DNA from: an uncultured delta proteobacterium
GTDB taxonomy: Bacteria > Myxococcota_A > Polyangia > Polyangiales > Polyangiaceae
NCBI GenBank assembly: GCA_963716725.1
Contig: CAVQUB010000015.1
Span: forward strand, 64,001 to 128,000
Direction: 5' to 3'
Length of the DNA stretch: 64,000 nucleotides
Shown here: positions 50,357-60,751 of the stretch, piece by piece
How the letters are laid out: each line of letters opens with the position of its first letter
Position numbering within the stretch: position 1 is the first letter of the stretch
Notes under the pieces: generated by a model
Seen by the model: only the letters and a program-made list of their open reading frames with translations
Told to the model about the DNA's origin: nothing
Database searches by the model: none
Translations under genes and position numbers: made by a program

Positions 50357-51006
50357 GCCCTGCGCCAGCGGTAAAGCAGGGGCCCGAGATCGCCGATGCG
50401 GTCGAGCAGCGCGTCGGGAGCTCTCTCCGCGAGCGCGGCTCGAGGTACGATGTTCCCGACGATGCCGACGGTGCGCGCTCCCGCACGCCGTCCGCAGTCG
50501 ACGTCTTGCGGCCCGTCTCCGACCATGACCGTCGACGCGGGCGCGATGCCCACGCGCGAGCAGAGCCCGAGTAGCGGCGCGGGGTGCGGCTTCTTCTCGG
50601 CCGCGTCGTCACCGGCACTCACGGCTTGGAAGAACGACCTCATGCCCAGCGCTCGAAGCACGCGTTCAGTCGTGCGTCGGGGCTTGTTCGTGCACAGCGC
50701 GAGGGGGAGGCGCCGGTGGAGCGTCACCAGCAGCGCGAGCGCTCCCGTCATGGGGCGAGTCTGGTCCGTGGCGTGTGCCGAGTAGTAGTCGAGGAATACG
50801 CGGAGGGCGGGCTCCAGATCCGGGTCGGACTCGGAGATGCCCGTCGCTCGCGCCATCAGCGTGCGCGCTCCGTCGCCCACGTAGCTCGTGACGACCTGAT
50901 CGGGCAGCGGCGCTCTCCCTCCGGCAGCCAGCGCGAAATTCGTCGCGCGCACGATATCCGCCCGGGAATCGACCAGCGTTCCGTCCAGATCGAAGACGAC
51001 GAACAC
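50338..51006 (-). CDS. gph: HAD hydrolase, phosphoglycolate phosphatase-like
   Basis: FDLDGTLVDS, CTNK, KPHPAPL, MVGD...DV..GRRAG. Confidence 0.85.
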   Translation of the reverse strand: MFVVFDLDGTLVDSRADIVRATNFALAAGGRAPLPDQVVTSYVGDGARTLMARATGISESDPDLEPALRVFLDYYSAHATDQTRPMTGALALLVTLHRRLPLALCTNKPRRTTERVLRALGMRSFFQAVSAGDDAAEKKPHPAPLLGLCSRVGIAPASTVMVGDGPQDVDCGRRAGARTVGIVGNIVPRAALAERAPDALLDRIGDLGPLLYRWRRAQATKE

Positions 51007-51010
51007 TGCT

Positions 51011-51757
51011 TCAGCGCCCGGCGTGTCGCCACACCGCGCGGCCCACGAAGAAGGGGCCCATCTTTTCCATGTATTCGGCGGTTTGGCGAGTGCGCCGCAT
51101 CGACTGCACGACGTGGGAAAGCGGATACAGTTCCTTGCCGACGAGTCCGATCACGAAGTCGTTGTCGTTCTGATCGAGCCCGTGGCATGCGAGGCGAATG
51201 TCGTGCGCGAGATCCGCGTCGCCGTACGATCGCCCAATGCCACCATGCTCGCGCATGATGCCGCCGCGGTCCTTGGCGTCGAGGCGCTCGAAGGCGCCGG
51301 TGCGGCGCAGCGGGTACCAAATCGCCCACGGCCAGGCTTCGTTCAGCGCCGTCGCGCGCGGGCGCTCGAGGACCCAAAACGGCAGATCTTGCTCGAACCC
51401 CGTCGAGTAGGTGCGCCCGAGCATGCTCATCTCCGGCCGCGGCGTGAGTCCGATCAGCTCCTCGCCGTTGGTGGCGGGCCGCAGTTTGCTCAAGAAGTCG
51501 GCAGGCTCCTCCGAGAAGCCCAGCAGGCCGATGCCATGGGGGTGGTGCACGTCCTCGTAAATGACGGAGGGCATGCCGGCCTTCTCGAGGCGAGCAGCGA
51601 GCAACTCGGTGGCGCGCGCGGGCGGCAGCGTCGGACCGCACTCGAAGCAGGTGAGCTGCATGAAGAGTCGGCGGTCGAGAAACTGTGGCACGCCATCTTT
51701 GGGCGCGCCGCGCTCGCGCACGTCCACGGGTTGGGATTCGGGGGCGCCGTGGCTCAT
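51011..51757 (-). CDS. Chlorite dismutase family protein (coproheme decarboxylase-like)
   Basis: WYPLRR, MREHGGIG, HGLD, MR, MGPFFVG. Confidence 0.85.
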   Translation of the reverse strand: MSHGAPESQPVDVRERGAPKDGVPQFLDRRLFMQLTCFECGPTLPPARATELLAARLEKAGMPSVIYEDVHHPHGIGLLGFSEEPADFLSKLRPATNGEELIGLTPRPEMSMLGRTYSTGFEQDLPFWVLERPRATALNEAWPWAIWYPLRRTGAFERLDAKDRGGIMREHGGIGRSYGDADLAHDIRLACHGLDQNDNDFVIGLVGKELYPLSHVVQSMRRTRQTAEYMEKMGPFFVGRAVWRHAGR

Positions 51758-51883
51758 GGGCGCTTCGTAGCTCAAAAGGGCGGCTGGTGGCAGCCCTCCG
51801 CGGCGCTGGGCGGGGACTTCTCGACGCTTCCACGCGGTTGCGGTTCCCTCGGGATGAAAGATGGCCTATCGGAAACGCTGAGC

Positions 51884-53146
51884 ATGCGACCGGGTGAAGA
51901 CAGCCTGACGCACCCGCTTCCCGCGGGCATGCGCGACTTGCTGCCGGCCGAGAGCCGAGCGCTCTCGGCGCTGGGCCGTGGCCTGCTCGGGAGCTTCGAG
52001 CTGTTCGGCTACCAACGCGTGACGGTGCCCGTGTTCGAGTACGCGGCGGTGCTCGAGCGAGGTCTCGGCGCCCTCGACCCGCGCGAGGTGCTGCGCTTCG
52101 TGGAGCCGGAGTCCGGCGAGGTCGTCGCGCTGCGGCCCGACATGACGCCGCAGATTGCGCGTCTGGTCGCCACGCGACTGCGGGACGTGCCGGGGCCGGC
52201 GCGCCTGGCCTACGAAGGCTCGGTGGTGCGGCTTCGTCGCGAGCGCGCGCGGCGACATCGTCAGATCCCGCAGGCCGGCATCGAGCTCATCGGCAGCGCC
52301 GCGCCAGCCGGCGACTTCGAGGTGCTCGAGGTCGCGTGCTCGGCGCTTCGGCGATCCGGCCTCGACCGTTTCGTCCTCGACCTCGGTCACGCGCGCATCG
52401 CGGGCGCGTTGCTCGAGACTCTGCCGGAAGCAGCGCAGGCGGAGCTCGTGGAGGCGCTGGCGCAGAAGGACCACTTCGAGCTCGAACGCCGAGCTCGCGC
52501 CGCAAGCCTCGACGCCGAGATGGTGCGAGCATTGGTCGCGTTGACGGAGCTGCACGGTGGAGCGGAGATCTGGCCCGAGGCGCGGCGCCGGCTCGGGGCA
52601 ACGCCGGCGCGGACGGGCCTCGAGGAGCTCGAGCGGACGTGGGAGCGAGCGACGAGCCTCGCGATGGCGCCGGTGGTCAGCGTCGATCTCGGAGAGGTTC
52701 GAGATCTCGGCTACTACACCGGCGTGACTTTTCAGATGTTGGCAGAGGGCCCCGGTGCGCCGGTGGGGTCCGGAGGCCGCTACGACCGACTCCTGGAGTC
52801 CTTCGGCGCCCCGCGCCCCGCGGCCGGGTTCGCGGTCGCGCTCGATCATCTGAGCTGGGCCCTCGGCCAAGCGCCGGGGGCAGCCGCGCGGGTCCTGGTG
52901 AACGGACGCGATGTCGGAGCCGTGATCGCGGCGCTGCACGCCGACGGTGTGGCCGCAGCCGCGGCCCCAGAGCAGGTCTGGGAGCACGCGCGAGCTTGGC
53001 AGTTCAGCCACGTGCTCGAGCTCGAGCAAGGCCGGACGCTGCTCATTCGTGTCGCCGATGGACGGCAAAGCGAAATCCCGATGGCCGAGTCCGGTCCCAT
53101 TTCACGCGCTGTCGCGCAAGCCCTCGAGAAGGAGCAAAGTCAATGA
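51884..53146 (+). CDS. hisZ: ATP phosphoribosyltransferase regulatory subunit
   Basis: LPAGMRDLLP, LRPDMTPQIAR, QAGIELIG, YYTG, GGRYD. Directly upstream of purA. Confidence 0.92.
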   Translation: MRPGEDSLTHPLPAGMRDLLPAESRALSALGRGLLGSFELFGYQRVTVPVFEYAAVLERGLGALDPREVLRFVEPESGEVVALRPDMTPQIARLVATRLRDVPGPARLAYEGSVVRLRRERARRHRQIPQAGIELIGSAAPAGDFEVLEVACSALRRSGLDRFVLDLGHARIAGALLETLPEAAQAELVEALAQKDHFELERRARAASLDAEMVRALVALTELHGGAEIWPEARRRLGATPARTGLEELERTWERATSLAMAPVVSVDLGEVRDLGYYTGVTFQMLAEGPGAPVGSGGRYDRLLESFGAPRPAAGFAVALDHLSWALGQAPGAAARVLVNGRDVGAVIAALHADGVAAAAAPEQVWEHARAWQFSHVLELEQGRTLLIRVADGRQSEIPMAESGPISRAVAQALEKEQSQ

Positions 53147-54444
53147 CCGCCGTCGTGATCGTGGGTGCGCAGTGGGGCGACGAAGGCAAGGGCAAGATCG
53201 TCGACTACTACACCGAGTCTGCCCAGGTCGTCGTACGCTACGCCGGTGGCCCCAACGCCGGACACACGCTGGTGGTCGGCGACGACAAGCTCGTGGTGCG
53301 CCTGTTGCCGAGCGGCATCTTGCGGCCCACGACCAAGTGTATTCTCGGTCAGGGCATGGTGATCGACGCCAAGGTGCTCCTGGGCGAGATCGATCAGCTC
53401 ACCGAGCGCGGGTTCGGTGACCTGGGCAGCCGCCTGATGCTCTCGGATCGGGCGCACATGATTTTTCCGTACCATCTGACCATCGACGCGCTGCGCGAGA
53501 CCGCGCTCGGCCAGAGCAAAGCCATCGGCACCACCAAGAAGGGCATCGGGCCCGCCTACGAAGACAAAGCTCGCCGAACCGGGATCCGCGCCGGCGATCT
53601 GGCGGATCTGAACCGCCTCACCGAGCTGATCGAGGCAGCCCTCGAGGCGTGGCGCCCGACGCTCATGGCGCTCGGCGGCGACAGCCCCAGCGCTCGGGCC
53701 ATCGTGGACGAACTGGCCCCGCTGGCGGCGCGCTTGGTCCCCTTGCTGGGCAACGCTTCGCGCGCAGCCGACGAGGCAGTGACCAGTGGAAAGAACGTGA
53801 TGTTCGAAGGCGCGCAGGGGACGCTGCTCGACATCGATCATGGCACCTATCCCTTCGTGACCTCCAGCTCCGCGGTGGCGGGAGGCGCTACCATCGGCGC
53901 GGGCATCGGTCCCAGCCGCATCGACTGTGTCGTCGGTATCACCAAGGCGTATACGACTCGCGTCGGTTCCGGGCCATTCCCCACCGAGCAGGACGACGCC
54001 GCAGGCAAACACCTGCGCGACGTGGGTGTCGAATTCGGTTCGGTCACCGGCCGGCCTCGGCGGACCGGCTGGCTCGATCTGCCGGCGTTGCGCTACGCGC
54101 GGCGGGTCAACGGCCTCGACGGGCTGGCGTTGACCAAGCTCGACGTGCTCACCGGCCTCGATCGCGTGCGTATCTGCGTCGCCTACGACACGCCTGCGGG
54201 ACGGGTGGACGAGTTGCCCATCGATTTGATCGACCGACCCGGGTTGGCTACGCCCGTGTATCGGGACTTCGACGGATGGACCGAGCCGCTGTCGGGCGCT
54301 CGCCGGCTCGACGATCTGCCCCCGGCCGCGCGGCGCTATCTCGATTTCCTCGAATCGGGCGCGGAAGTTCCGCTGTATCTGGTCAGCGTGGGCCCACGTC
54401 GCGCCGAGACCATCGAGCTCCGGCATCCCTTCGCGGGAAACTGA
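53143..54444 (+). CDS. purA: Adenylosuccinate synthetase
   Basis: GAQWGDEGKGK, GPNAGHT, EGAQG, TGRPRRTGW, TKLDVL. Confidence 0.98.
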   Translation: MTAVVIVGAQWGDEGKGKIVDYYTESAQVVVRYAGGPNAGHTLVVGDDKLVVRLLPSGILRPTTKCILGQGMVIDAKVLLGEIDQLTERGFGDLGSRLMLSDRAHMIFPYHLTIDALRETALGQSKAIGTTKKGIGPAYEDKARRTGIRAGDLADLNRLTELIEAALEAWRPTLMALGGDSPSARAIVDELAPLAARLVPLLGNASRAADEAVTSGKNVMFEGAQGTLLDIDHGTYPFVTSSSAVAGGATIGAGIGPSRIDCVVGITKAYTTRVGSGPFPTEQDDAAGKHLRDVGVEFGSVTGRPRRTGWLDLPALRYARRVNGLDGLALTKLDVLTGLDRVRICVAYDTPAGRVDELPIDLIDRPGLATPVYRDFDGWTEPLSGARRLDDLPPAARRYLDFLESGAEVPLYLVSVGPRRAETIELRHPFAGN

Positions 54445-54472
54445 CCGGACTTCGGTGTACGCTTCGTTCGCC

Positions 54473-55472
54473 GTGCCCAAGATTCGATCACTGCTGGCGG
54501 CGTGTTTGCTGTCCGGAACCGCGGCCGCCCAGGCCGTGCCGGCAGGCCTGAGCGACGCCGCCGTCGCGGCGGACTTGTCCGCTGCCCGGGCCGCGAGTCC
54601 GCGACCCAGCGAGTGTTCGCCCGACGGTGTGGGCCGCACGCTGTGGACGCATTGGGAGCGCGCACGTCGCCCGCAGGTTGCTCGGTACTGCGACGCGCTG
54701 GCGCTGGGCTACGCGGAGCTTGGCGCCACGCCCCAGCGGGCGCTGGCGACCGCCAAGCGGGCAGCGACGCTAGCGCCGGGGCGCGCCGCGCCGGTGGTGC
54801 TCGAGGCACGCGCCCTCGTCGGCGCCGGACGTGCGCGAGAAGCCTTCACGGTGTTTGCCCGGGCTCGGGCCATCGACAAGCGCGGCCTGGCGGAATCCCG
54901 CGGCGTTGCACGACCTGGCCATTGCAGCCCTCGCGAGCGGCGAACACCTCGAAGCCGTCGCGGCTTACCGGGCACTGGTGCCGCGTGCCGGCATGCTCGC
55001 GGACGCGCGGGTTCGGCAGCGAGTCTATCTCGAGGCCGCGATGACCGTCATGCGCCGGGACCCAAAGGCGCTGGACGAGGCCCTCGGTTACCTGGGAGAA
55101 GCCCGGCGGCTGCGGGGCCTCCCGGGTCTCTCCGACGTGGTGCTCGGCGCCACGGCCCTCACGCTCGACCGGCAGGGGCGGCACGAGGAAGCGCGCGGCG
55201 TGGCCGCTGAGGCTCGCGGCCCCTTGGGCGTTGCCGGGCTGGCGACGACGCCGGCGGCCGCGGGCGGTCCCCTGGTCACGCTGCCCGACGGCGAGCTGGC
55301 GGCCATCGCTGCGGTGCTCACGGAGCGAACTCACCCGGAGCTGGCAAAGAAGCTGTGGCGGACGTTCGAGGCCAGCGCTGCGACCGCGGGTTCGCCGTGG
55401 CAAGCGCAGGCGAAGCGGCGCGCCGAGTCCCAGGCAGCGCCTGTCCGCCGCTGGGGCAGGCCGCCACGATGA
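54473..55472 (+). CDS. Exported TPR-like hypothetical protein (one +1 frameshift near 54891)
   Basis: Signal peptide. Helical repeats continue as NPAALHDLAIAALASGE in the next frame. Stop overlaps the next ATG. Confidence 0.65.
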
Positions 55473-56434
55473 GAGTGTCGATGGCGATTGCCTGCTCGTT
55501 GCTCGCCGGCATCGCTCAGGCCAAGCCCTCCATCTGGGACGTCGCCCGGGAGCCCAGCGTCGAGCGTGACTACCAGACGCTGGTCGCCGTCGAGCGCATG
55601 GTGGCTCGCGACGACAGCGGAGATCCGACGCTGCCCGGGCGCTTCATGCGCGCGGCATTGGCGGTGATCGAGCTGGCGGGCGGTACCCGGAGCGCCGACG
55701 CTCGCCTGCTCTTCGTCGCCGGAGATCTGCTGTCGGATCCCATGGTCGGGCGTGACAAGGAAGCTCGCGCCCTGCTCGTTCGCGCGCTTCGCGTCGCTCC
55801 CGACTCACCCTTGGCGGGTCGCGCTTGGTTCAACCTCGCCATCGCTTCCGCCCGGATGCGGGATCCAGCGAGCGAGCGCAAGGCCTACGGCAACGCGCTC
55901 GAGCGGGTTTGGGAGCCCGGTTTCCGCTCCAACATCCTGGCCAATCGCGCCGAATCGAACATGGTTCTGGGCGACCTCGAAGCCGCCGTCGTGGACTACC
56001 GCAAGGCCATCGCGCTCTCGGATCGACCGGATCTCGCGGCTCTGGGCCACTACGGCCTGGGCGTCGCCCTCGAGCGCAACGGAGATCTGCCCCGTGCCCT
56101 GGACGCGATGGACGTCGCGCGCGCGATCCAAATCCCGGGCGTCGGTTCGGCGCTCGATCTGCCGAGCGTGTTCTTCGTCCCGGCCTACGACATTCACTAC
56201 TACAAAGCTCTCGCTGCCCTGGCCGCGGCGCGCGGTCCCAAGAAGCCCGAGGTCGTTGCGGCTCATTTGCTCGACGCTGGCGAAGAGTGGCAGCGCTATC
56301 TGGAGCAAGCGGTGCCCGAGAAACACCGTTGGATCGATCACGCGCGACGTCACCAGGCCACGACCCTGGCGCGTCTCGAGAAGCTCGCACCGGTGATCAG
56401 GCGGCGTGCGGCAACGATTCGTCGCGAGCGTTGA
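55469..56434 (+). CDS. Exported TPR protein
   Basis: Signal peptide. AWFNLAIA, NRAESNMVLGDLEAAVVDYRKAI, HYGLGVALERNGD. Confidence 0.8.
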   Translation: MRVSMAIACSLLAGIAQAKPSIWDVAREPSVERDYQTLVAVERMVARDDSGDPTLPGRFMRAALAVIELAGGTRSADARLLFVAGDLLSDPMVGRDKEARALLVRALRVAPDSPLAGRAWFNLAIASARMRDPASERKAYGNALERVWEPGFRSNILANRAESNMVLGDLEAAVVDYRKAIALSDRPDLAALGHYGLGVALERNGDLPRALDAMDVARAIQIPGVGSALDLPSVFFVPAYDIHYYKALAALAAARGPKKPEVVAAHLLDAGEEWQRYLEQAVPEKHRWIDHARRHQATTLARLEKLAPVIRRRAATIRRER

Positions 56435-57512
56435 GCGCCCGGCTCAGCCCCTCGACGTCTTCGACGCGCTCGAGCACCGGACGGAGCCCCGGCATGGCTT
56501 CGTCGTCGCGAAACGCGCCGCTCGCCGCCAGCGCACGCGCGCGCGGTCCGTCGAGCACCAAGAACACGTCCCGCAGGCCGTTTCTCGCCGGAGCGTCGAT
56601 CAAGTCGACGATCTTGCTGCGGTCCAGGTGCAGCTCCTCTTTGCCGCGCTGGATCAGCACCCGGCGGTTCGTCACGAGGTAACGGGTCGAGCCCGCGAGG
56701 CGGCCGGGTTGGATGACGGCCCGGTGAAACAGCACGAACGCCGTCGCGAGCACCGTCAGCGTGGCCAGCCCCAGGCCGGTCACCAGCGCCTCGAAGGCCA
56801 GAGCTTCGGTGGAGATGCCCGCCGCCAACACTTTGCGCAAGGTTGGCACAGCAGTGGACGCCATGCGCACACCGACGCCGAGCAGGATCAGCGAGAGCGC
56901 GACGGTGGACCAGCCGCGCTGGCGGGGCAGGTACGAGCGCCACGTCGGTCGCGGGGCGGCGGCCCAGAGCACGCGCTCTCCGAGCTGGAGTCGCTGGGCC
57001 AGGAGTCGGTCGTCGCGTCCTGCAAGCACGACGTCCTCGTGCCCCGCGATGATGGCGGCGACACGATCGGGCGCCTTCAGCCCATACAATCGCAGCATCA
57101 GCCTGCGGCGAAGCGCGCCCGTTGGAACCGCGCGCACCAGCTCGATGTCACCCACCCCCGGAGCGAGCCAGTGGATCCGGGCGAAACTGACCGCGCGGCG
57201 CTCGATGCTGCGGCGGAAGGGGCCGCGGATGAACACCACGTGGTGTTCGGTGACCTGGTAGCTGACGCGAGCGAGCCACACCCGTGGACCGTGCAGCAGC
57301 GCGAAGCCGAGGGTGGTCGCCCAAGCGCCAAACAAGAGCGTCGGCGCCGGCGACGTGCCCAGCGAGCGGGACAAGACGAAGGCGAAACAGACCGAGACGA
57401 ACGCCGTCGCGAACATCACCAGGGCCGAGGCTCGAAGAAAGGCTGGCGTCTCGAGCCGCTCGGGACGGCCCGTCCAGACGATCTGCTCTCCGTACCGTGA
57501 GTCTCTGGCCAC
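56397..57512 (-). CDS. Membrane protein with two bacterial PH-like (bPH) modules
   Basis: GEQIVWTGRP / GERVLWAAAP and YQVTEHHV / YLVTNRRVLI internal duplication, with TM pairs. Confidence 0.75.
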   Translation of the reverse strand: MARDSRYGEQIVWTGRPERLETPAFLRASALVMFATAFVSVCFAFVLSRSLGTSPAPTLLFGAWATTLGFALLHGPRVWLARVSYQVTEHHVVFIRGPFRRSIERRAVSFARIHWLAPGVGDIELVRAVPTGALRRRLMLRLYGLKAPDRVAAIIAGHEDVVLAGRDDRLLAQRLQLGERVLWAAAPRPTWRSYLPRQRGWSTVALSLILLGVGVRMASTAVPTLRKVLAAGISTEALAFEALVTGLGLATLTVLATAFVLFHRAVIQPGRLAGSTRYLVTNRRVLIQRGKEELHLDRSKIVDLIDAPARNGLRDVFLVLDGPRARALAASGAFRDDEAMPGLRPVLERVEDVEGLSRALNARDESLPHAA

Positions 57513-57635
57513 GTGTCTCGAGGCTTGGACGTTCCTGCCTCTGAGAAAGTCTGATGGAGCGCCGCGCCTCCGTCGAGCCGGTCGCGGTCGTTTTCGAGCG
57601 TTGCAGCCGGACCGGAATGGGTCAGCGGGCCGGCG

Positions 57636-58718
57636 TCAGTGGGTCGGAGCGACGAATACGATCTCGATCCGCTCGTTGCGCGGCCTAGAACCCGGTCGCG
57701 CCGGGTCGACCACGGGCTCTGCGCTGCCGGCGGAGGCTCCGTCGACGCGGCTTGCCCCGGCGCTGCCGAGCGCGTCCGCGATGACTTTCTTGCGCGCCTC
57801 GTCGCTGCCCCGGCCGTGAAACACGACCAGCAGGGGAAAGCTCGGGTGCGCCTTTGCCACGCGCCCCAACGACTCGAGCACGCGCTTGCCCTCGGCCCCG
57901 AGCGCGCCCTTGGCGTCGAACACCCCACGCAGCGTGATGACGACACCGCGATCGTCGCGAAACGGGTGGAGGGATCCGACTCGGCTCAGCTCGGCCAAGA
58001 GCGCGTCGGTGACGCCTGCGGCGGGAGCGGCGCTCGCGGCGGGCCGGCGTGCTTCCGTCAGCAGGCGCAGGCAGCTCGATCGCGCCGCCACGGCAGCGTC
58101 GATGGGCGCCGCCTTCGGGCTCGATGCCAGCGCGCGATCGAGCTGGGCGAGCTTGTCGAGCTCGGCGCCGACGGCCGCGAGCTTGGGATCCAAGAGCCGC
58201 GTCGCGACACACAAGAGGCGGGCCTGCGATGCCAGCGCGCGGGCGGCGTCGAGGCGCGCTTTCTCACGCTCGGGTCCGGCCGGAGCGTTGGGCACTAGCG
58301 GAAGCGCGTCTTCGGCGACCCGGATCCGAAGTTCGAGATCGCTTGCTTCGGCGGCGACACGTCGGTGCTTTTCGTCGATATCGGCCAGCGTACTCTTGGC
58401 CTGCGCAAGATCGCGATTGGCGACCCCGAGCTCGCGTTCGGCACGCGCCAGCCGCGCCAGGACGAAGGCTCGCGAGTACGCCGCGAGGGCGTGTTCGCTG
58501 GCGATCTGAGCGGAAGCCGTGTCGCCCTCGCGGTGCGCGTCCTCGGCGCGGGCTCGGAGCGCCTCGGCGGCGGCGTGGGCTTGGGGGGCGAGCTGCTTGG
58601 ATTCCGCGGCCTGCGCGCCGCTCGATGCCGCGTCCACGTCGAACATGATGCGCGGCCTCGGCGCCGACGCGCAGGCCAGCAAGAGCGCCGATCCCAGCAA
58701 CAAAGCCAGGCGTCTCAC
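57636..58718 (-). CDS. Coiled-coil lipoprotein with degenerate OmpA-like C-terminal domain
   Basis: Lipobox LLAC, DUF4398-like helices, DDRGVVITLRGVF...RNERIEIVFV. Confidence 0.72.
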   Translation of the reverse strand: MRRLALLLGSALLLACASAPRPRIMFDVDAASSGAQAAESKQLAPQAHAAAEALRARAEDAHREGDTASAQIASEHALAAYSRAFVLARLARAERELGVANRDLAQAKSTLADIDEKHRRVAAEASDLELRIRVAEDALPLVPNAPAGPEREKARLDAARALASQARLLCVATRLLDPKLAAVGAELDKLAQLDRALASSPKAAPIDAAVAARSSCLRLLTEARRPAASAAPAAGVTDALLAELSRVGSLHPFRDDRGVVITLRGVFDAKGALGAEGKRVLESLGRVAKAHPSFPLLVVFHGRGSDEARKKVIADALGSAGASRVDGASAGSAEPVVDPARPGSRPRNERIEIVFVAPTH

Positions 58719-59236
58719 TTCTGAGCCTTTCCGGCTTTGGCCGGTGGCTTCTTCGGCGGTTTCGTCTCCAGTGGCGGCTGCGCGGGGGGGGCCTTGGGTC
58801 GCTCGAGGTCGTCGAGCTTGGCCTGAGCGCGACCGCGGCGTGCCAAAGCCTCTTCGAGCAAGGCGCGAGCGCGCGAGAGCTTCGTCTCGACGTCCGACAG
58901 ATCTTTCTGCACGTCGCGCTGCTTCTTCTCGGCCTCCGCGGCCCGCACCAGATCGGTACCGGTCTCGGCGTGCTCGCGCGCCAACGCCTCGAGTTCCGGG
59001 GCGTGCTTGGCGTCTCCGGCTCCAAGCGCGTCGTTGGCACGGTCCAGCGCACGGCGAGCCGCGGTCATGGGCTCGCGCGCGAGGCGAGCGTGGGCGGGGA
59101 TCCGAGTCAGGGCGCCGAGGGCGGCTTCGGCGCGGTTCCGATCGCTGCCGGAGCGGTTCGCCAGCGCGACGCCCCCGATGCAGGTCAAGACCGCGAGCGC
59201 GGCCGCCGACGAGGCCCAGCGGGACGAGCGTTTCAC
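58715..59236 (-). CDS. Exported coiled-coil hypothetical protein
   Basis: Signal/TM followed by a coiled coil. Stop overlaps the next start (GTGA). Confidence 0.7.
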   Translation of the reverse strand: MKRSSRWASSAAALAVLTCIGGVALANRSGSDRNRAEAALGALTRIPAHARLAREPMTAARRALDRANDALGAGDAKHAPELEALAREHAETGTDLVRAAEAEKKQRDVQKDLSDVETKLSRARALLEEALARRGRAQAKLDDLERPKAPPAQPPLETKPPKKPPAKAGKAQK

Positions 59237-59329
59237 GCGCGAAACAAGCCACGAGCCTCGCGCCGGGTCAAGTGTCGTGCTTGCGGTCGATGATCCGGGT
59301 TATAGGCCTGCGCCGGAGTCGAGACGACC

Positions 59330-59761
59330 ATGCGCAAGAGCTGGGACGAATACTTCATGGCGATTGCCGGCGAGGTGGCGACGCGCTCGACCTGCGACCG
59401 CAAGCATGTCGGCGCGGTGATCGTCCGGGACAAGATGATCGTCGCAACGGGCTACAACGGGTCGATCCGCGGGCTGCCGCACTGCGACGAAGCGGGTCAC
59501 CTGATGGAAGACGGCCACTGCGTGCGGACCGTGCATGCGGAGGCCAACGCCATCGTTCAGGCCGCACGCAATGGCATGCGCGTGGAGGACGCCAGCATCT
59601 ACGTGACCGCGTCACCCTGCTTCGGTTGCTTCAAGCTGGTGGCCAACTCGGGGATCCGTCGCATCGTCTTCGCGGAGTTCTACCGCGATCACCGCATCTT
59701 CGAGTTCAGTCAGCTGCTCGGCGTCGAGTTGGTGCACCTCGAGGGTGCGGCGCCGGCATGA
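59330..59761 (+). CDS. dCMP deaminase family protein
   Basis: WDEYFM, RSTC, TGYNG, HAEANA, PCFGC. Confidence 0.93.
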   Translation: MRKSWDEYFMAIAGEVATRSTCDRKHVGAVIVRDKMIVATGYNGSIRGLPHCDEAGHLMEDGHCVRTVHAEANAIVQAARNGMRVEDASIYVTASPCFGCFKLVANSGIRRIVFAEFYRDHRIFEFSQLLGVELVHLEGAAPA

Positions 59762-60750
59762 GCGCCCTCGCCGTCGCGGTCGTCGCCGGCGGACCTTCGG
59801 CCGAAGCGAACGTGAGTCGCACGTCGGCACGGGCCGTGCGGGCTGCCCTCGAAGAGGCGGGGCATCGCCCGCTGGTGCTCGAGCTCGACGCTGCGCTCGC
59901 CGGGCGACTCGTGAGCGCCAGCGTCGACGTCGTGTTTCCGGTGACGCATGGGCCCTTGGGTGAGGATGGCTGCCTGCAAGGTCTGCTCGAGGTGCTGGGC
60001 CTGCCTTACGTCGGCTCGGGGGTCTTGGCCAGCGCGCTGGCCGCGTCCAAGCCCCACGCCAAAGCGCTATTTCGCAAGGCTTCACTGCCCGTCGCCGACG
60101 AGCTCTTGCTGCGCTGTGACGACGCGCTGCCGGAGGCTGCGACGCGCGCCCGGGCCGAACTCGGTGGGGCGGTGGTGATCAAGCCTGCCTCCGGCGGATC
60201 CGCCATTGGCACGACGCGGCTCCGGGCCGACGCTGAGGTGGACCACTGGGTGGCGGCGCTCCGCGCCGCGTTTGCGGTGGATGACACCGCGCTCGTCGAG
60301 CGCTTCGTGCCCGGCTTCGAGGTGACCTGCGGCGTGATCGAGGACGGCTCCGGGCTGCGCGCTCTGCCGCCGACGCTGATCACGTCGAAGGCCGCCGAGT
60401 GGTACGACTTCCGGTCGCGCTACGCAGCCGGGGGCAGCGAGCACCAGTGCCCGGCGCCTCTGCCCGAGCGAATCACGGCGCGGGTGCAAGAGGTCGCCGA
60501 GTTGGCGTTCCGCGCCCTCGGGTGTCGCAATCTCGGACGGGTCGATTTCGTGGTGGGGGAAGGGGACGACCCGAGGGCAGTGACCTTGCTGGAGGTCAAC
60601 ACCCTTCCCGGCATGACGAGCACGAGCTTGTTTCCCGAGGCCGCGGCGGTCGCTGGCATTGGTTTTCCGTCGCTGTGCGCGGGGCTCGCGGAGCGTGCGG
60701 AGGCACGACCTCGCCGGGCGCGGCCCGTCGAAATCCCGATGCCGGATTGA
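59758..60750 (+). CDS. ddl: D-alanine--D-alanine ligase
   Basis: GGPSAE, HGPLGEDG, PYVGSG, KPASGGSAIG, RVDF, LEVNTLPGMT. Confidence 0.95.
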   Translation: MSALAVAVVAGGPSAEANVSRTSARAVRAALEEAGHRPLVLELDAALAGRLVSASVDVVFPVTHGPLGEDGCLQGLLEVLGLPYVGSGVLASALAASKPHAKALFRKASLPVADELLLRCDDALPEAATRARAELGGAVVIKPASGGSAIGTTRLRADAEVDHWVAALRAAFAVDDTALVERFVPGFEVTCGVIEDGSGLRALPPTLITSKAAEWYDFRSRYAAGGSEHQCPAPLPERITARVQEVAELAFRALGCRNLGRVDFVVGEGDDPRAVTLLEVNTLPGMTSTSLFPEAAAVAGIGFPSLCAGLAERAEARPRRARPVEIPMPD

Positions 60751-60751
60751 G

